Positions 22,740 through 35,425 of a DNA stretch of 64,000 nucleotides are shown here, in pieces. A model generated the notes under the pieces. The model was not told where the DNA came from. It did no database searches and worked only from the letters and a program-made list of their open reading frames with translations. Source of the stretch: Nymphon striatum (taxonomy: Eukaryota); assembly GCA_016618385.1 (NCBI GenBank), contig JABFOP010000159.1, forward strand, positions 566,555 to 630,554. Direction: 5' to 3'. Positions within the stretch are counted from its first letter, which is position 1, and each line of letters starts with the position of its first letter. The translations under genes and the position numbers were made by a program.

Positions 22740-25162
22740 TGTTACAGTCAATCTGTCAACCCAGACATTTGGCCAAATGCCTAGGCATTTGGTCAAATGC
22801 CCGTGGTAGTCAGGCATTTGATCAAATTCCTAAAAAATTCAGGCATTTGGCCAAATGACTAAAATATATGGTCAGGCATTTGACCAAAAGCCTGAAATAA
22901 TAAAAATAATAAAAAAATAACATTGACAATACAGCAAAATTATTTATTTTACTACAACCAGTGAAAAAATCATGAACAGATCTACTTGATCTAAGACCAT
23001 ACTACAGCACATACGAAATTCAGCACATGAGTAAGTTTTAAAGGTCGATTGTTAAGAAAATAGCAAGACTACTTGACAAAATACTTACATAAAGCAATAC
23101 CACATGCATCAAATAAAAACTGACATTCAAATAATTGGCAGACTAGACTAGCCCTAGGAGAGTCGGAACGTATCATTCCGAATAGGCAAGTCACATGTTA
23201 TGTCTTGGTAGTGAGTTACTTATTGGAGCAGTTCAAGCTGGAGTGACACCGACTGTTACATTTAAGATTGTTCTTGAAACACTTGCACCTGTTTGTTTTG
23301 CATCTAGAGGTACCAGAACAGTTGCACTTCACAAAGCCTTGGCCACCACTCTGGGACTCTATACCGACAGCAGAACGAAGAGACACGGTGATGTCGGTTT
23401 TGATGTCAGACAGGGTAAGGAGTTTCTGCGGGCACAGATCGAATTGGTTCCTGGAATACTTGCCATTCAAGACACCAGCAGGACAGGCAATGGAATACTG
23501 TTCACTGTCACTCACTTCAACGATTACACCAATGATGTTCCTTGGATCTCCACGGCCTCGATCTACAGATGGAATAGGCACGGCCACATTGTCGCCAACA
23601 ACTCCGGCTTTCATCACTACCTTACTCCGCTTCACCATTCTTTCTGCTTGCTGATGCTGTGCTTCTCTGGCTAGCTTACGTTTCCTGTTAATGTTCTGAC
23701 TATTTGGCAGGTCTGCTGAATTCGAGGGGGGCTGGTCAGTTGGTTGTGAGGTAGGCTGGTCTGTTGAATCTGAGGTGGGCTGGTCTGTTGAATCTGAGGT
23801 GGGCTGGTCTGTTGAATCTGAGGTTGGCTGGTCAGTTGGTTGTGAGGTAGGCAGGTCTGCTGAATCTGCTGAGTGGGGGCTGTCCACAACATTCAGGAGA
23901 TCATCCTCTGACTGTAGCTTGTGAAGGATGTCATGCGGAAGTGACGTCGAACTCAGCCCAACCTTGGCTTCAATGCCAAACAGAGCAGAGTATGGCGACT
24001 GCTTGATGCTGGCACTGTAGCTGGATTTCTTCATGAATTGGACAAACCGGATGCCAACTGACCAATCGGTGGTCTTGTTTTCGCTCATCCAGGCACACAA
24101 CATGTCCTTAATGTCGGAGTTTGCCCTTTCAACAGAGCCTTGACTCTGCGGATGTCGTGGCTTTCCATGAACAAGTAAGAGGCCTGTCCACAGCTCTTTC
24201 AGTTCACTGATCACTGCAGCTGTAAATTCAGATCCATTGTCACTCTGTAGGATCTGAGGAGCACCAAACAATAGAAAAATGTCCATCAGCTGATAGGCAA
24301 CCTCAGCAGCTCTCTTTGATGTAAGCGGGCGAAGGACACAGAACTTGGTCAGGTGATCTTGGTACACTAAAATCCACTTGTACGCACCTTGGGGTAAAGA
24401 CTGCATGTCAACCAGGTCGACTTGGCCGCGGGAAGTGAAGTCCTTGGAAAGAATCGGTCGAACAACAACCCCTTTGGTTGTAGGTCTTTTCCGTTTGCGC
24501 TGACAGTGGATGCACAGAGACAATTCCACAGAATCACGGGTGATGTTACAGTACTTTCTTGTGATTTCTTTCAACATACGATCCCTGCCGCCATGGCCAG
24601 TTGCAACGTGGGCTCTGTTGATGATATCGTATGTCTCTTCGATGTGAACGTAGTATAAGAGCTGCTCATCTGGGGATTCCCGCTTCTTGATAAGTCTCTC
24701 AGAATCACCGCACTGTAGCACTTCATACTTGGCCAAAAGGTAGTAGCCTTGGTGGGTCTTTGTTGATGGGTCACTGGTCAGACGCTTGACTTCTTCTATA
24801 ATGGAGTAGTACTGGTTCTTAGGAATGAGGACCTTCTTCAGCACCTCGTATTTATCAAACAGCGCTCTCTGAAACGTCTCTGCAGCGGTCGAATCTTCCT
24901 TAAAGTTAAAAATCTGCATATTTTTAACCACCTCATTTTCGTTTGCAAGTTACGGTGTTACGGTGTTTCGTTGAAATTAAGTGTTTGACATATTGACTAA
25001 AAGCATTCAGGCAATCCCTCTAACAATATGTCCAAAATTTCAGTCTTTTGGCCAAATGCCTACATTTTTTAGGCATTTGATCAAATGCCTGACCACAACG
25101 GACATTTGACCAAATGCCTAGGCATTTGGCCAAATGTCTGGTTTGACTGATTGACTGTAACA
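22740..25162 (-). mobile_element. Ginger-like cut-and-paste DNA transposon, apparently intact (2423 bp). Termini 5'-TGTTACAG...CTGTAACA-3'. TIRs ~125-145 bp (22740-22885 / 25020-25162) contain 3-4 copies of the palindromic motif AGGCATTTGGCCAAATGCCT. 4-bp TSD TATA (22736-22739 / 25163-25166).
   Basis: TIRs, TGTNR terminus and TSD read directly. A single uninterrupted integrase-type ORF lies between the TIRs. Confidence 0.8.
23216..24931 (-). CDS. Integrase-like DDE transposase (571 aa). N-terminal HHCC zinc-binding motif (HVATGH...C..C), then a retroviral-type DDE core (VDLVDMQ; ILQSDNGSEF; QSQGSVERAN) and an SPYSALFG motif (~PFELLYG). It has a PTSDSTDQ low-complexity repeat and a Cys-rich C-terminus (CNCSGTSRCKTNRCKCFKNNLKCNSRC).
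   Basis: ORF track. The motifs match the rve/integrase-core family by memory. The LLYYV stretch may correspond to the Ginger YPYY motif. Confidence 0.8.
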   Translation of the reverse strand: MVKNMQIFNFKEDSTAAETFQRALFDKYEVLKKVLIPKNQYYSIIEEVKRLTSDPSTKTHQGYYLLAKYEVLQCGDSERLIKKRESPDEQLLYYVHIEETYDIINRAHVATGHGGRDRMLKEITRKYCNITRDSVELSLCIHCQRKRKRPTTKGVVVRPILSKDFTSRGQVDLVDMQSLPQGAYKWILVYQDHLTKFCVLRPLTSKRAAEVAYQLMDIFLLFGAPQILQSDNGSEFTAAVISELKELWTGLLLVHGKPRHPQSQGSVERANSDIKDMLCAWMSENKTTDWSVGIRFVQFMKKSSYSASIKQSPYSALFGIEAKVGLSSTSLPHDILHKLQSEDDLLNVVDSPHSADSADLPTSQPTDQPTSDSTDQPTSDSTDQPTSDSTDQPTSQPTDQPPSNSADLPNSQNINRKRKLAREAQHQQAERMVKRSKVVMKAGVVGDNVAVPIPSVDRGRGDPRNIIGVIVEVSDSEQYSIACPAGVLNGKYSRNQFDLCPQKLLTLSDIKTDITVSLRSAVGIESQSGGQGFVKCNCSGTSRCKTNRCKCFKNNLKCNSRCHSSLNCSNK

Positions 25163-27559
25163 TATACACACATATTCTGCACAATTAAAATCACATACAG
25201 TGTTAAAATTATTATTATGGTTACAAAATTATTATAAATATTAAATTACAGAATTATTATTATTATAAATTTTAAATTACCAAATGGTGTTAAAAATCGA
25301 CATTATAAACGCAGATATGCATGTACAATTCAAAATAATTTCAACATTTCACTCATCTAAAGAAACTAATTTGTAGTAATTTTTCAAAAAGCTATTTATT
25401 TTCAAATTCTTTCATAAAATGTATAGTTCATAGAGTATGAATAATAACATTTCAACATTTACGACTAAATTTTGGTTAGAAATTGCAAAATTTTCATTTT
25501 GAAATTTTCATGCTATGTTTCGGGCTTCATTTCAAAATATATGCCATATTCACATATTTTGACAAAATTTCATATCAAATGGGAACTCATTACATATCCT
25601 CTATCAATAACATAAATCAAAATCCGGCTATACCAAATAAAGAAGGAAGCAATGAGATCGTACTATTTTTTTTTTTTAATTTGCGGACGTGACCGATACA
25701 TTTACTTCTTGCTTTTATAGGTCAATAATGTTTATCTAGCAATCACGTAGTGTAGAAACAGTCTAAGGTCATAAGCCCAATACACAGACCTACTCATCTG
25801 ATTTGGACCTTGTACCTAATCGTGTTGTGCGCAATCGGGTTGAGAACTTTCTCTTCGAGTGTGACAGACGTGTCAATTTTTGGAACTAAAAGTTTACTTT
25901 CTCAAAAGTTTTTCATTCATCAAAATACGACAGGTGCCCCAGCCTCGCCTACTAGTTGCTTAAAACCTGCCACATTTTTTTTTTTATCAAAATCCAATGT
26001 TTTTAAAGTGAGAAAGAAATGCATCTAAAAATTGCTATGCTTAGATCTCACTCAAATCTTCTACTCATTTCACTCATCTAAAGAAAATAATTCGAGTATT
26101 GCGTTGCGACAGGGTCATGTTGTCATGTGTAATATACATATATAGAGGATATCAAATTGGAACGAATTACATATCCTCTATATCACATAATATCTTAAAA
26201 ACATTGAAAATAATTAAAAAAACAATTTATGGATTCAATTTCCATTCTAACATTATTATATGTGACCAAACGACTCCTTTGTAGCATTGGTTTATTGTAT
26301 AGATTACAACAATCCGCGTAAAAATAGTTCCATTAATTAAGAGATATTCAACAGTTCCACAAGAAAATATGTTAATATCATATCATATCCAATACGGCTT
26401 TTATAGGATGGAATCCTGTAGCCGTTCATAACAAGTCTTCCGTGCTGCTCTGCTATGTGGCATATAATTTGAAATTAGTAATATCAATAACAGTTATGCC
26501 TGAAACATAGAATATTTAACAAATGCATATAGTCCATGAGCCAGCCATCAACATTTTGGAGTTGACTACCAGAAAGAAAATTGTGAGTAAAAAATTATTT
26601 ACAAAGTGACGTCAGTCATTCATAAATTTCTTCTGCTTTTTCTCATTCTCAAAACTGATCGGGCGCGGTTAGGTAAATATTTCTTTTATTATAATAAATA
26701 TTATAAATAATATGAATGTTTATATTAGCTAGTAAAACGTGGCATATAAATAAGTGTGTGTCGGTGTATAAGAAATGCAATTAAAATTTAAACGCCAAAG
26801 AAGTAATAAATTAATAAAAAAGTATTTAAAGTAATTAGTGCATGATCGTGGCATTCAAATCTAGAACATATCATAGGTCATAACCGTGATAACGCTTTAC
26901 AGTTTACGTGTTAATTAACTGCTTCACATTTTCGGATAAATACTCATCCAAAATGTTATAACAAAATGAATTCCTATTTGATATGAAATTTGTGAAACTA
27001 GCCAACATTGTATTTCAGCGAGCTAATCATAAATTCACACTCCTAATGTCAATATATAATATTTAACAACGATTTACGGTGTATTTAGCTAGCATTATCA
27101 AGAAAAAAAGATGGCACTTATTTTACTGTGAGCGGAGGAATATGTGATTCTTTTTCTTACTGTGATCATCATCATTCTCTCTGTCTTACAGTTTAATATA
27201 CATTTGTATAGGAATAACTTTGTTTTTTCAATCTTTTTTTATATTACACACGTGTAATATAAAATTGATTGGAAAAACAAGGTTAATCCTAAGCAAAGTC
27301 ATATTACACATGTTCACAATTATTAACCTGTAAAAACGCATATTATGTGATATACATATATATTTATTTGATCTACAAGCGTATGTGAAATGTAGTTATG
27401 AGATAATTGTGAAAATGAACACATACATACATTAAAATAAAATAAGGAACAAATTACAAAAGGAGTTTGAAGAAGTGAGCAGAAGCAGGGTGTCAAGGTT
27501 GACTCAAGGGTGACTCCAATTAAAAAGGAACTAATAACTAATTAATAATACAATACAAA

Positions 27560-27990
27560 ACTTATTTCTAATTAATTTTTGCAGTAAAAGATCCATATAA
27601 CTTGCTTTTGAGAGTCCTACAGCGGAGCAAAAGCCTCCAAATCGCAAGCCAAAGACCAGATATTGATTGCCCTAAGATGGGAGGTTGTTTCTGCATGCCT
27701 TTATGTATTGAGTTTGACAATCAAAATCAAAAAAATGCAATATCGACACCATTGATGCCCATAATATGTGTAATTTGTTTGCCAAATGGCATCCCAGATG
27801 ACATACAAGACAATTCTAGGTCTCCAGAATACATTTGATGAGTTATTAGGGCGTGCCCTTAGTGTGACGTCATACACTTATACATTATACTTTTTTTCGA
27901 CTTCATGTCAGTTTTGAGTTTAAAATTCACAGTATCTTTCATTCTTGTCCGGGAAAACCGATTTCGCAATTCGTTGGACTGATTTAACGG
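27560..27990 (+). repeat. Dispersed ~420-bp repeat, copy 1. Copy 2 at 57160-57625 is ~85% identical.
   Basis: Direct alignment by eye (…aaagcctccaaatcgc(a/t)agccaaagaccagatatt…tcatgtcagttttgagtttaaaattcacagtatctt). Confidence 0.7.
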
Positions 27991-29289
27991 AGTTTATGAC
28001 GTCACATTCCAGAGGTATTTATATTTATATATTTATATTAATTAATTAAGAGTTTGTGGGAATCCATGCAGTACTCACTTCTATCAAATATTTGCTGTTA
28101 CAGCTTAGACGAGAGGGTTTCATCTCTTCTCGTGAAATCAGTGCATTAATTAGCAACGATGTGCTGTAAGGTAGATTAGGCCCCCTGCAAAAAATGTCTT
28201 ATAGGATTTCTATACACTTGTAGCATCTGAATTCTGTAGAACTGCTCTATAGGATTCTCAGTTCAAAAATCCTATAGAAAATTTTGTGCAACGGGAGTTC
28301 TTCCTCTAACCCTTCTACAAGTCTTAATAGGAAGATGGAGGAAGACTCCGAATGAGCTTTTAAGCTATCGGTGGGTCGTCAAACCTAGCAAAACAAGATT
28401 TAGCGCTTAAATATTAGATACAGGAATGACTCACAAGCAACCTTGAAAGGAATCGAAGGCCACAGACGGAATTTCATACAATCCTTACACTCTTAAAACA
28501 AATTGGTTATCACAAACAATAAATTATTGTTTAAAATGACATTATTTACTTCAAACAATTAATTGTTTGCTTTTCCTAAACATTGAACAATCTTTTTTGT
28601 TCACATCAAACATTCGTCATTGCTTGGTCAAAATTCGTGTGCTGATAGGTGGAGAGGAATCACGTGCTTAAACTAAGCAGACGATTAAGATTAAAAATGA
28701 CTGATTTCACTCCGTACGCTTCAAATCCAGTCAATGAATGTAATGAGAAGAAAAGGTTGTTATATTTATCACATTTGATTTCAACTCATACACATATACT
28801 TTAAGATAATTCTCATAATCTAATCCAGTCAATTTTCCTTGGATAAACACAATAAATTCTTATAAAATTTGCGGTCCGAGAACTTTCCAACATGTCGTGT
28901 TATTCAGAATGAACAAGTTATTGTTTAACACAACACATATACATGTATTATCAAAACCAATATAAATTGTTTAGCATGAATAATTTTATAGTCGGCGCCA
29001 TTTTAAGTTAGAGAATTGTTTGTGTTGACTAATTTATTGTTTGTCGTAGGCTATTTGTTTTAAGAGTGTATGCACCTCTCAATTTCCACTTTGCAGCTTA
29101 AATTCTTGAGAAAGAAACGAACCCAAATTAGCCTTCTAAGGACTCGATGGGCTCACATGGAATTACAATTTGCCCATACAATCCTTTCAATAAATCCTAG
29201 AATCGCAAACATTCCCTATGATTCTGAAGACTTATCTGGCAACCCAAATACAATAAAAATAATGCAGTAAAAAGCTAACACAAAACACT

Positions 29290-29650
29290 ACTTTTTAGCC
29301 CTTTTTTAAAATAGACCTACTTCAACTTGCCACAGAAAGCACATTTCAAAAGATAATTAAATATTGGTAATTTTTTTTATTTCAAGGTATTTAACATATT
29401 TCAAGAAGAAAACAATAAATATTTCCCATATTCTATGAATACTAACGAAATACGCGAACAGGACACCGATTTTGAGCAAGGCCTAAAATTGATGACCTTT
29501 TGACCTCTAGTGACCTAATGAATTAACTAATTTACAAAATTTTATTTTTATCTGATAGAACAACCCAAGTCAATTATTTTGGTATATAATTTGTTGTGTT
29601 ATGTTTATTGGTTACTGAGTTATTGTTATTTAAGTTTCCCCTGCCCCTAA
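29290..29650 (+). repeat. Dispersed ~370-bp repeat, also present as ~1.5 tandem copies at 52190-52800 (…cttgccacagaaa.cacatt…aatactaacgaaata.gcgaacaggaca…ttgatgaccttttgacctct…).
   Basis: Direct comparison with 52430-52800. Confidence 0.65.
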
Positions 29651-30289
29651 ATTGTGCCCTCAATTTGGGCGACTAACGGTCAGATATACATGCGATTTTC
29701 TCAGTTAGTGCCGAGTTACGAAAAGTCTACACTCATTTTTTTTGACTCCACCAATAGTCTAGTTCATATATATGAAGAGTGACTTAGGGTACATCTCAGG
29801 TACACGAACCCCCCCCCCCCCAGCCTATGCACTATACCCCAAGTTCACTTCAGAAGGAATATGTAGAGTTCATCGGTCACAATGCTTGCAATTGCTGTAA
29901 CGTGTAAGCTAAATTGATTTTTTAAAATCCTCAGTAGGTGTTATTCATGTACAAATACTTAATATTATTTTGGAACCCTGTGTTTGAAAATTAAGGTGTT
30001 ACCCTGATATGACCCGAATTATCATTAATAAAAGCAAATGAATGTCGCTAATTGAATTATTTCCGACTGCAGTCCATTTACATGTGGTTTAGGTACTTCT
30101 GATCTAATTTTTTACCGCCCACTAATTTGACAAATAAATCTGAAAATTAGGCCAACAATTCACAAAGGGGAAACATGATCTCGTCAAGATATGCCAAATT
30201 ATCATTTTATTTTATTTGTTTTTAAATTTGTAAAATTTGAAAAAAGTTTGTTATGCTGAGGGTTAAATGTCCATCAAACCAAACGCCAA

Positions 30290-31500
30290 GATTTTCTGAA
30301 CGCTCTTCACAGCTGAAGTGTATCCAACAGTTTACTCTCAGTACTCTCCTACTCTTCTTAAACAAGTAAAAGTAGTACCTGTATTTAAGAATAAAGGCTC
30401 CCTTTTTGACTAAACAATTATCGACCAATATCTTTACTCTCCAATATTGATAAAATTTTTGAAAAGCTTGCACACAAAAGAGTAACATCATACCTTAATT
30501 TTAAGAAAATTATAAAAAATGAACAATTTGGTTTCCGCAGTAAACACTGAACTGTGCATGCTCTCATAAGCCTTAGAGAAAACATTCGTAAGGCTCTATA
30601 TAGACAAAGGTAAACTGTCATGTGGGGTTTCCATTGATCTACAGAAGGCTTTTGATACCGTTGATCACGAAATTTTACTAATCAAACTTAGGCATTATGG
30701 AATAAGGGGCGTTGCCAATATGTGGTTTAGATCCTACCTCTCTGAAAGCAAGCAACTTGTTTCCCTCTCCGGTTTTTCCTCTACTCTTATTTTAAATGGT
30801 GTCCCCCAAGGCTCTGTATTAGGCCCCCTTTTATTTTTACTTTATATCAACGATCTACCCAACTCCATCAAATTTTCCGAAACTTGCCTTTTTGCTGATG
30901 ACAATAGCCTACTTTATTCTGATTTTGACCTTAAATTGATAGAACAAATGATGAACCGTGATCTTGAACATCTTGTCAACTGGCTAAATGCCAACAAAAT
31001 TTCACTGAATGTTTCTGAAACTGAAGTTGTCCTCTTTCGAAATGCCCGTAAACGAGTCCACTATGATATTAATCTGAAAATAAATAATCAACCACTCATC
31101 ACTTCTTATGTTAAGTACTTATGATACTTACGATACTTATGATACTTACGATAATGATATTAAATGGGTCATGGTCCCATCATTTAATATCATTCTCAGC
31201 TCGAATCAATACAGTTAATAACACTAATAATCATTAAAGTATCCTTTCTCCACAAATGTATATACGCAAGAGCAGTGTGCAGCGACTGTGACGTAACGAC
31301 TTGTGGAAAGACACGTCACAGCGTGACGTATCCACAATGGCAGCTCCAGAGTAGTTGATTTTAAAATATGTTTAAAAATATTAAATGAACTAGAAAAAAA
31401 TTTTAAAAATCAGGATTTGTTGTTTGATATATGTACTATGGGTTGGGAAAGTTTTTTTTTATACACCCAATGAGTGGAGTATGCCTTTAAGTGATCAGAA
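30290..31500 (+). mobile_element. 5'-truncated LINE (family 1). Frameshifted RT domains 1-6 (…FIDLQKAFDTVDHEILL.KL; GVPQGSVLGPLLF; FADDNSLL; SETEVVLF) to 31125, an internal deletion, then the family-specific 3' tail 31160-31500 ending …CAATGAGTGGAGTATGCCTTTAAG.
   Basis: ORF 30720-31124 plus upstream frames carry RT motifs. The tail matches 62340-62660 and 19655-20566. Confidence 0.7.
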
Positions 31501-33065
31501 ACTTGTGGGTTTTCTACTCGAGCCTAGTGAAAGGTTAACTTTCACATTGCTTCTAGTTTCACGCACATGTCAATTCTATTAAATTTAATTTAAAATCTAG
31601 GTAAATATTTATACTTATGTCCGTTCTCTTCCCATTGATAAGTCCATGCATTCATTCACCATTTGGTCCTTCAGGCGACAGGTAACCAGTATCTAATTAG
31701 TATTATAAGATATCCTGCTGAGATGTACGTAAGGATGTAGTACATAGTACATACAGCTTTATGTGAATAAAATAAAAGGCTTTCAAGAAGCCTTCGACAC
31801 CTGCAAGGGGTTAGATGAGGTCATAAAACTATTTAAGTCTAAATTGACTCACCTAAATTTTTTGAAAAGAGGTGTATTGTGTTTGAAAATCTATACTGAT
31901 GATAACAACATTTTCATTACGATATGTTAATTGATAAAGAAAAGAGAAATTGAAACAGGTCCTCGATTTTAATCAGGTACATTCTTTTCATTTATCAAAT
32001 TTACTTTTAGGATAGGATTGGGAAGTTCCAGAGAGTTCTCTTGCATGGTGACCCACAGAAGAGGACCGTACAGGAGGCAGGTCTCTGGTACGGTTCACGG
32101 CCGAAAAAAAAAAATAGTGAATCACATATCACGGATATCAAAATATCATTTTCCCGAATCACGAAAATAAGAAAGTAACACACTCCTTTACCCTTCTCTT
32201 AGGGGCCATTCAAATATTATGTGACGTTGGAGGGGTGGGTGTCCAACCTAGTGTTACAGAGTGTTACTAGGGGGTAGGGGATCTGGTCAAGTGTTACGTC
32301 ATAATACCATGCATCTTGTTGACCTATATAATAATTTTTTGAGAGTGAGGGGGGTCTGACTGGTGTTACATAATTTTTAGGGGAGAGGAGTATAGTTAAA
32401 GGATTTGTGACACCTATTAACCTTACATTTTTTTTATTAAATTTTAAGCTTTAAAAAGAAGCTGATGTAAAATAAATTCAAAGGCTCCAAAACAGAAGTC
32501 TCGCTACTTAAAATCACGTCAAATAAGTGTCGAAATCCCGAATATCAGTTATTGATTCAAGTTCATTGCGGGTCACGCAAAACCTTTGGGTCGCGGATCA
32601 CAGAGAACGTTTTATTAACTGTCTGTTTCTCGGAAAATATAAATAGCTAATCACGCGTAACGAGAATACCCCTGTATATAGAAGATTGATAACATTTATA
32701 AATAAATTCATAAAATTCACAATTCTTTATATTCCAGTGATTGATAGATCAATTAAAAAGTGAGCAACAATAAAATTAGGAATCCTTATGATTATGGAAA
32801 GTTTGCTTTTATCCCTCTGTTGGACCACTATATCTTCTTCTTCATTTCCGCCTTTTTTGAAATTAGAGGTTGGCGCTTCTTATTAGGACTTTATTTCGTG
32901 GCGAAGAAGCCATTCATGATTGGAAGCCCTTCCTGGAACATCAATCAATGCCACTTATAGGAATTTAAATCGCGTTGAGAGTAGTTGCTGCTAAACTTCA
33001 CAAACGAGCTCTACCCGCTGTGCCACGGCAGCTTCATGGTACCTAATCAAATCCATCAGCTTAAG

Positions 33066-33368
33066 TTTTTTTTAATGTAATGCAGGTGTACGACTTCACC
33101 GGGACCTTCCATCCTACTCTTGTTCGAATAGTGATGTGGGTTCTTTAAAGAGGCTCTCTTTTACACGGGACCTCCATTAACGTCATTTCCGAGAGACGGA
33201 GTTTTTCTCATCTGAACCAGCCTGCATCTGATTTAAAGAGGAAGACACGATAATACACAACTTAAAGACAGAATAGTCAATGGAAGGTTCGAGTGAGATT
33301 CGAACCAACCTGTGTCAATCAGACACACAAGTGGAAAGATGTTTTATCCACTCGGCTACCCGGGCTCT
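33066..33368 (-). mobile_element. tRNA-derived SINE copy. The poly(T) at its plus-strand 5' end is a poly(A) tail on the minus strand. The tRNA-like head has an A-box TAGCCGAGTGG and a B-box GGTTCGAATCTCACTCGAACC.
   Basis: Read from the reverse complement. Confidence 0.75.
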
Positions 33369-33708
33369 AGTGGACTACTATATCAATAACATTAAAAGTA
33401 ACAACCTGAAAAGTTTCGAACTCTGAACTGTTTTCAGTTTTTATATATTTTCTACTTAGTCCTCGTTCTGTGATTTCATTGGCTCATTACTGTGCGTCAT
33501 TATCTTTAACATTAAGCAAACACAAGCAAAACCCAACGGCGCACTGCAATGAATAAATTGACTCCCTCAAAAATAAATTAACATGCTTGAATACAAGATT
33601 ATAAGATCGTGGCTAGAAAAATACTGAGTGAGCGACTTTTGTTGACTCATGTGAAATACATTTTTACACATAACGCTGGGGTTAGTAACATATTGGGTTA
33701 CCTTTAAG

Positions 33709-35425
33709 GTGTTTTTCTAAAGAGTCCTTCTCATCTAAAAGTTTCATGAATTGTCATTGTCAAAATATTTAAATTTCATCTGTTAAAATACGTGACGTAA
33801 CAGTGTAGTGTCACTTACTGTGAAGTCACGTAAGCTGACGATAGTTTAAAAATGTCAGCTCAAAGAAGGTTTACGTGTTTTTCTGGTGTTTAATTAAAGT
33901 TAAAAAGTCTTCTTTTATCAGTGTAGAAGTTGAAAAACACACCGGCAAACCTCCTCCTTTTATTTGCTCTAGTGTTTACATTTTGGAGAAAAACTTCAGC
34001 AAGTGTCCCCGTACAGAGCCAGGGGGGGGGGCAATTCTCCCCCTCTCTAGTGTTATCATTTGGGGAGTAAAATAAGGAGGAAAACTTTGCAGATCCTTGG
34101 CGTCCAATGGAAACAGATCCACAGTAGCAAACCAAAGAAGCGCTCAAAACCCACAATAGATAAACTGAATGAAATGAAAGAAAATACTTTAAAATACGTT
34201 TATTTGGTGTGAAAACATATAAAACAACAATTAGATGTTGATGTGAAACATTAAACAAATATTACATAGAAGTGAATGCCTTGCCACACACTCTATGTTG
34301 CACTCACTTCATATCAGGTTTTCTCAATGAGCAGTGCAACATCTAGTTCAGCTGCCGGCCACTGCGAAATTTTTTTTCCAAAACGAAAATTAGGTCGTCT
34401 GGAGCAAACCTCACGTGATTGGATGCCGTGAGGTTTGCTCCAGACGACTTAATTTTGATGAAATCGTATGGGAAAAAAATTTCGCGGCCGGCAGCTGAAC
34501 TAGGAGTCGCCCTTATCATAGAAAAATCCTGATAGGCACTAAAATCCACTTTCCCAAGCGAAATTGTGGTCAATTTTGAAGATTTTATTTGCAAAATGAC
34601 GACTGTTCCCCCCTCTATCGGAAATTGAATGAACAATTACTGCTCACTCGTCCAAATCGAGCCAAAACTGGGATTGCCGGAGACGCGCGAAAATCGTCGC
34701 TCAATTTGGTATCAGAAAATGAAAAAACACACCAACTTCAAAATGGTTTTCCCAAACGAAGAAAAGAGGAAAGTTAATGAAATTTTTTTCTTCAGAAAGA
34801 GGAAAGCGCAGTTGTTCCGAAAATGAATGAACAATGTGTGTCAAGTAACGGACAGTTTCTCAGTTTAAACTTGAAAATTTCCGTAATAGAGTTTCCCATT
34901 GATCTTTTGGGATGCTGAATCAGCCGAAATGAACGTTCGTTTCATCGATGCTGCCGTATGTTCCCATAAAACCTGATATGTCCATGCGATATTTCTTATA
35001 TTATGTACTCTATTTGTCGTGAAATCCACAAGTTTAATCAACTAATCGTCAGAAAAAGATATAAACTCAGATTAGTCTATAAGTTTCATATCAGAAAAGT
35101 CATCATCACCATACGTCTTCACATGACTATTTTCAATCAGATATTTTTCAGAATCCCGGAGTGATACTTTACCTTTGCGATATTTTTTTAGTCTTTCTTA
35201 TCGAAAAGCTTTATTAATTTATAATCAGAAAAAAGAAATAAATCGTCTTTGAGTTGACATATTTAAAAAAATTATCTGAAAAACGTGACGTCACAGCGTC
35301 GTGTCACTTGCTGTGACGTCGTGTTTTGCAGACGATTTTTAAACATTTATGTCAAAGAAGATTTATTTATTTTTCTGACTATGAATTAACGAAGCATTTA
35401 GATGAGAAGAACACCGTCAAAATAT
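33709..35425. mobile_element. Possible ~1.7-kb element. Inverted ~45-bp termini (ggtgtt.ttct..cttctcatctaaa.g.ttc / ...gaagcatttagatgagaagaacacc) and subterminal direct repeats (ACGTGACGT(A/C)ACAG…TTTTTCTG at 33791-33900 and 35281-35375). It contains a near-perfect 170-bp palindrome at 34335-34510.
   Basis: Repeat architecture seen by eye. Boundaries and TSD not resolved. Confidence 0.35.

Noticed and set aside
23195-23674. Plus-strand ORFs (159 aa and 128 aa) overlapping the integrase gene
   Set aside because: They are antisense to a well-supported integrase ORF with clear domain motifs. No recognisable motifs of their own.
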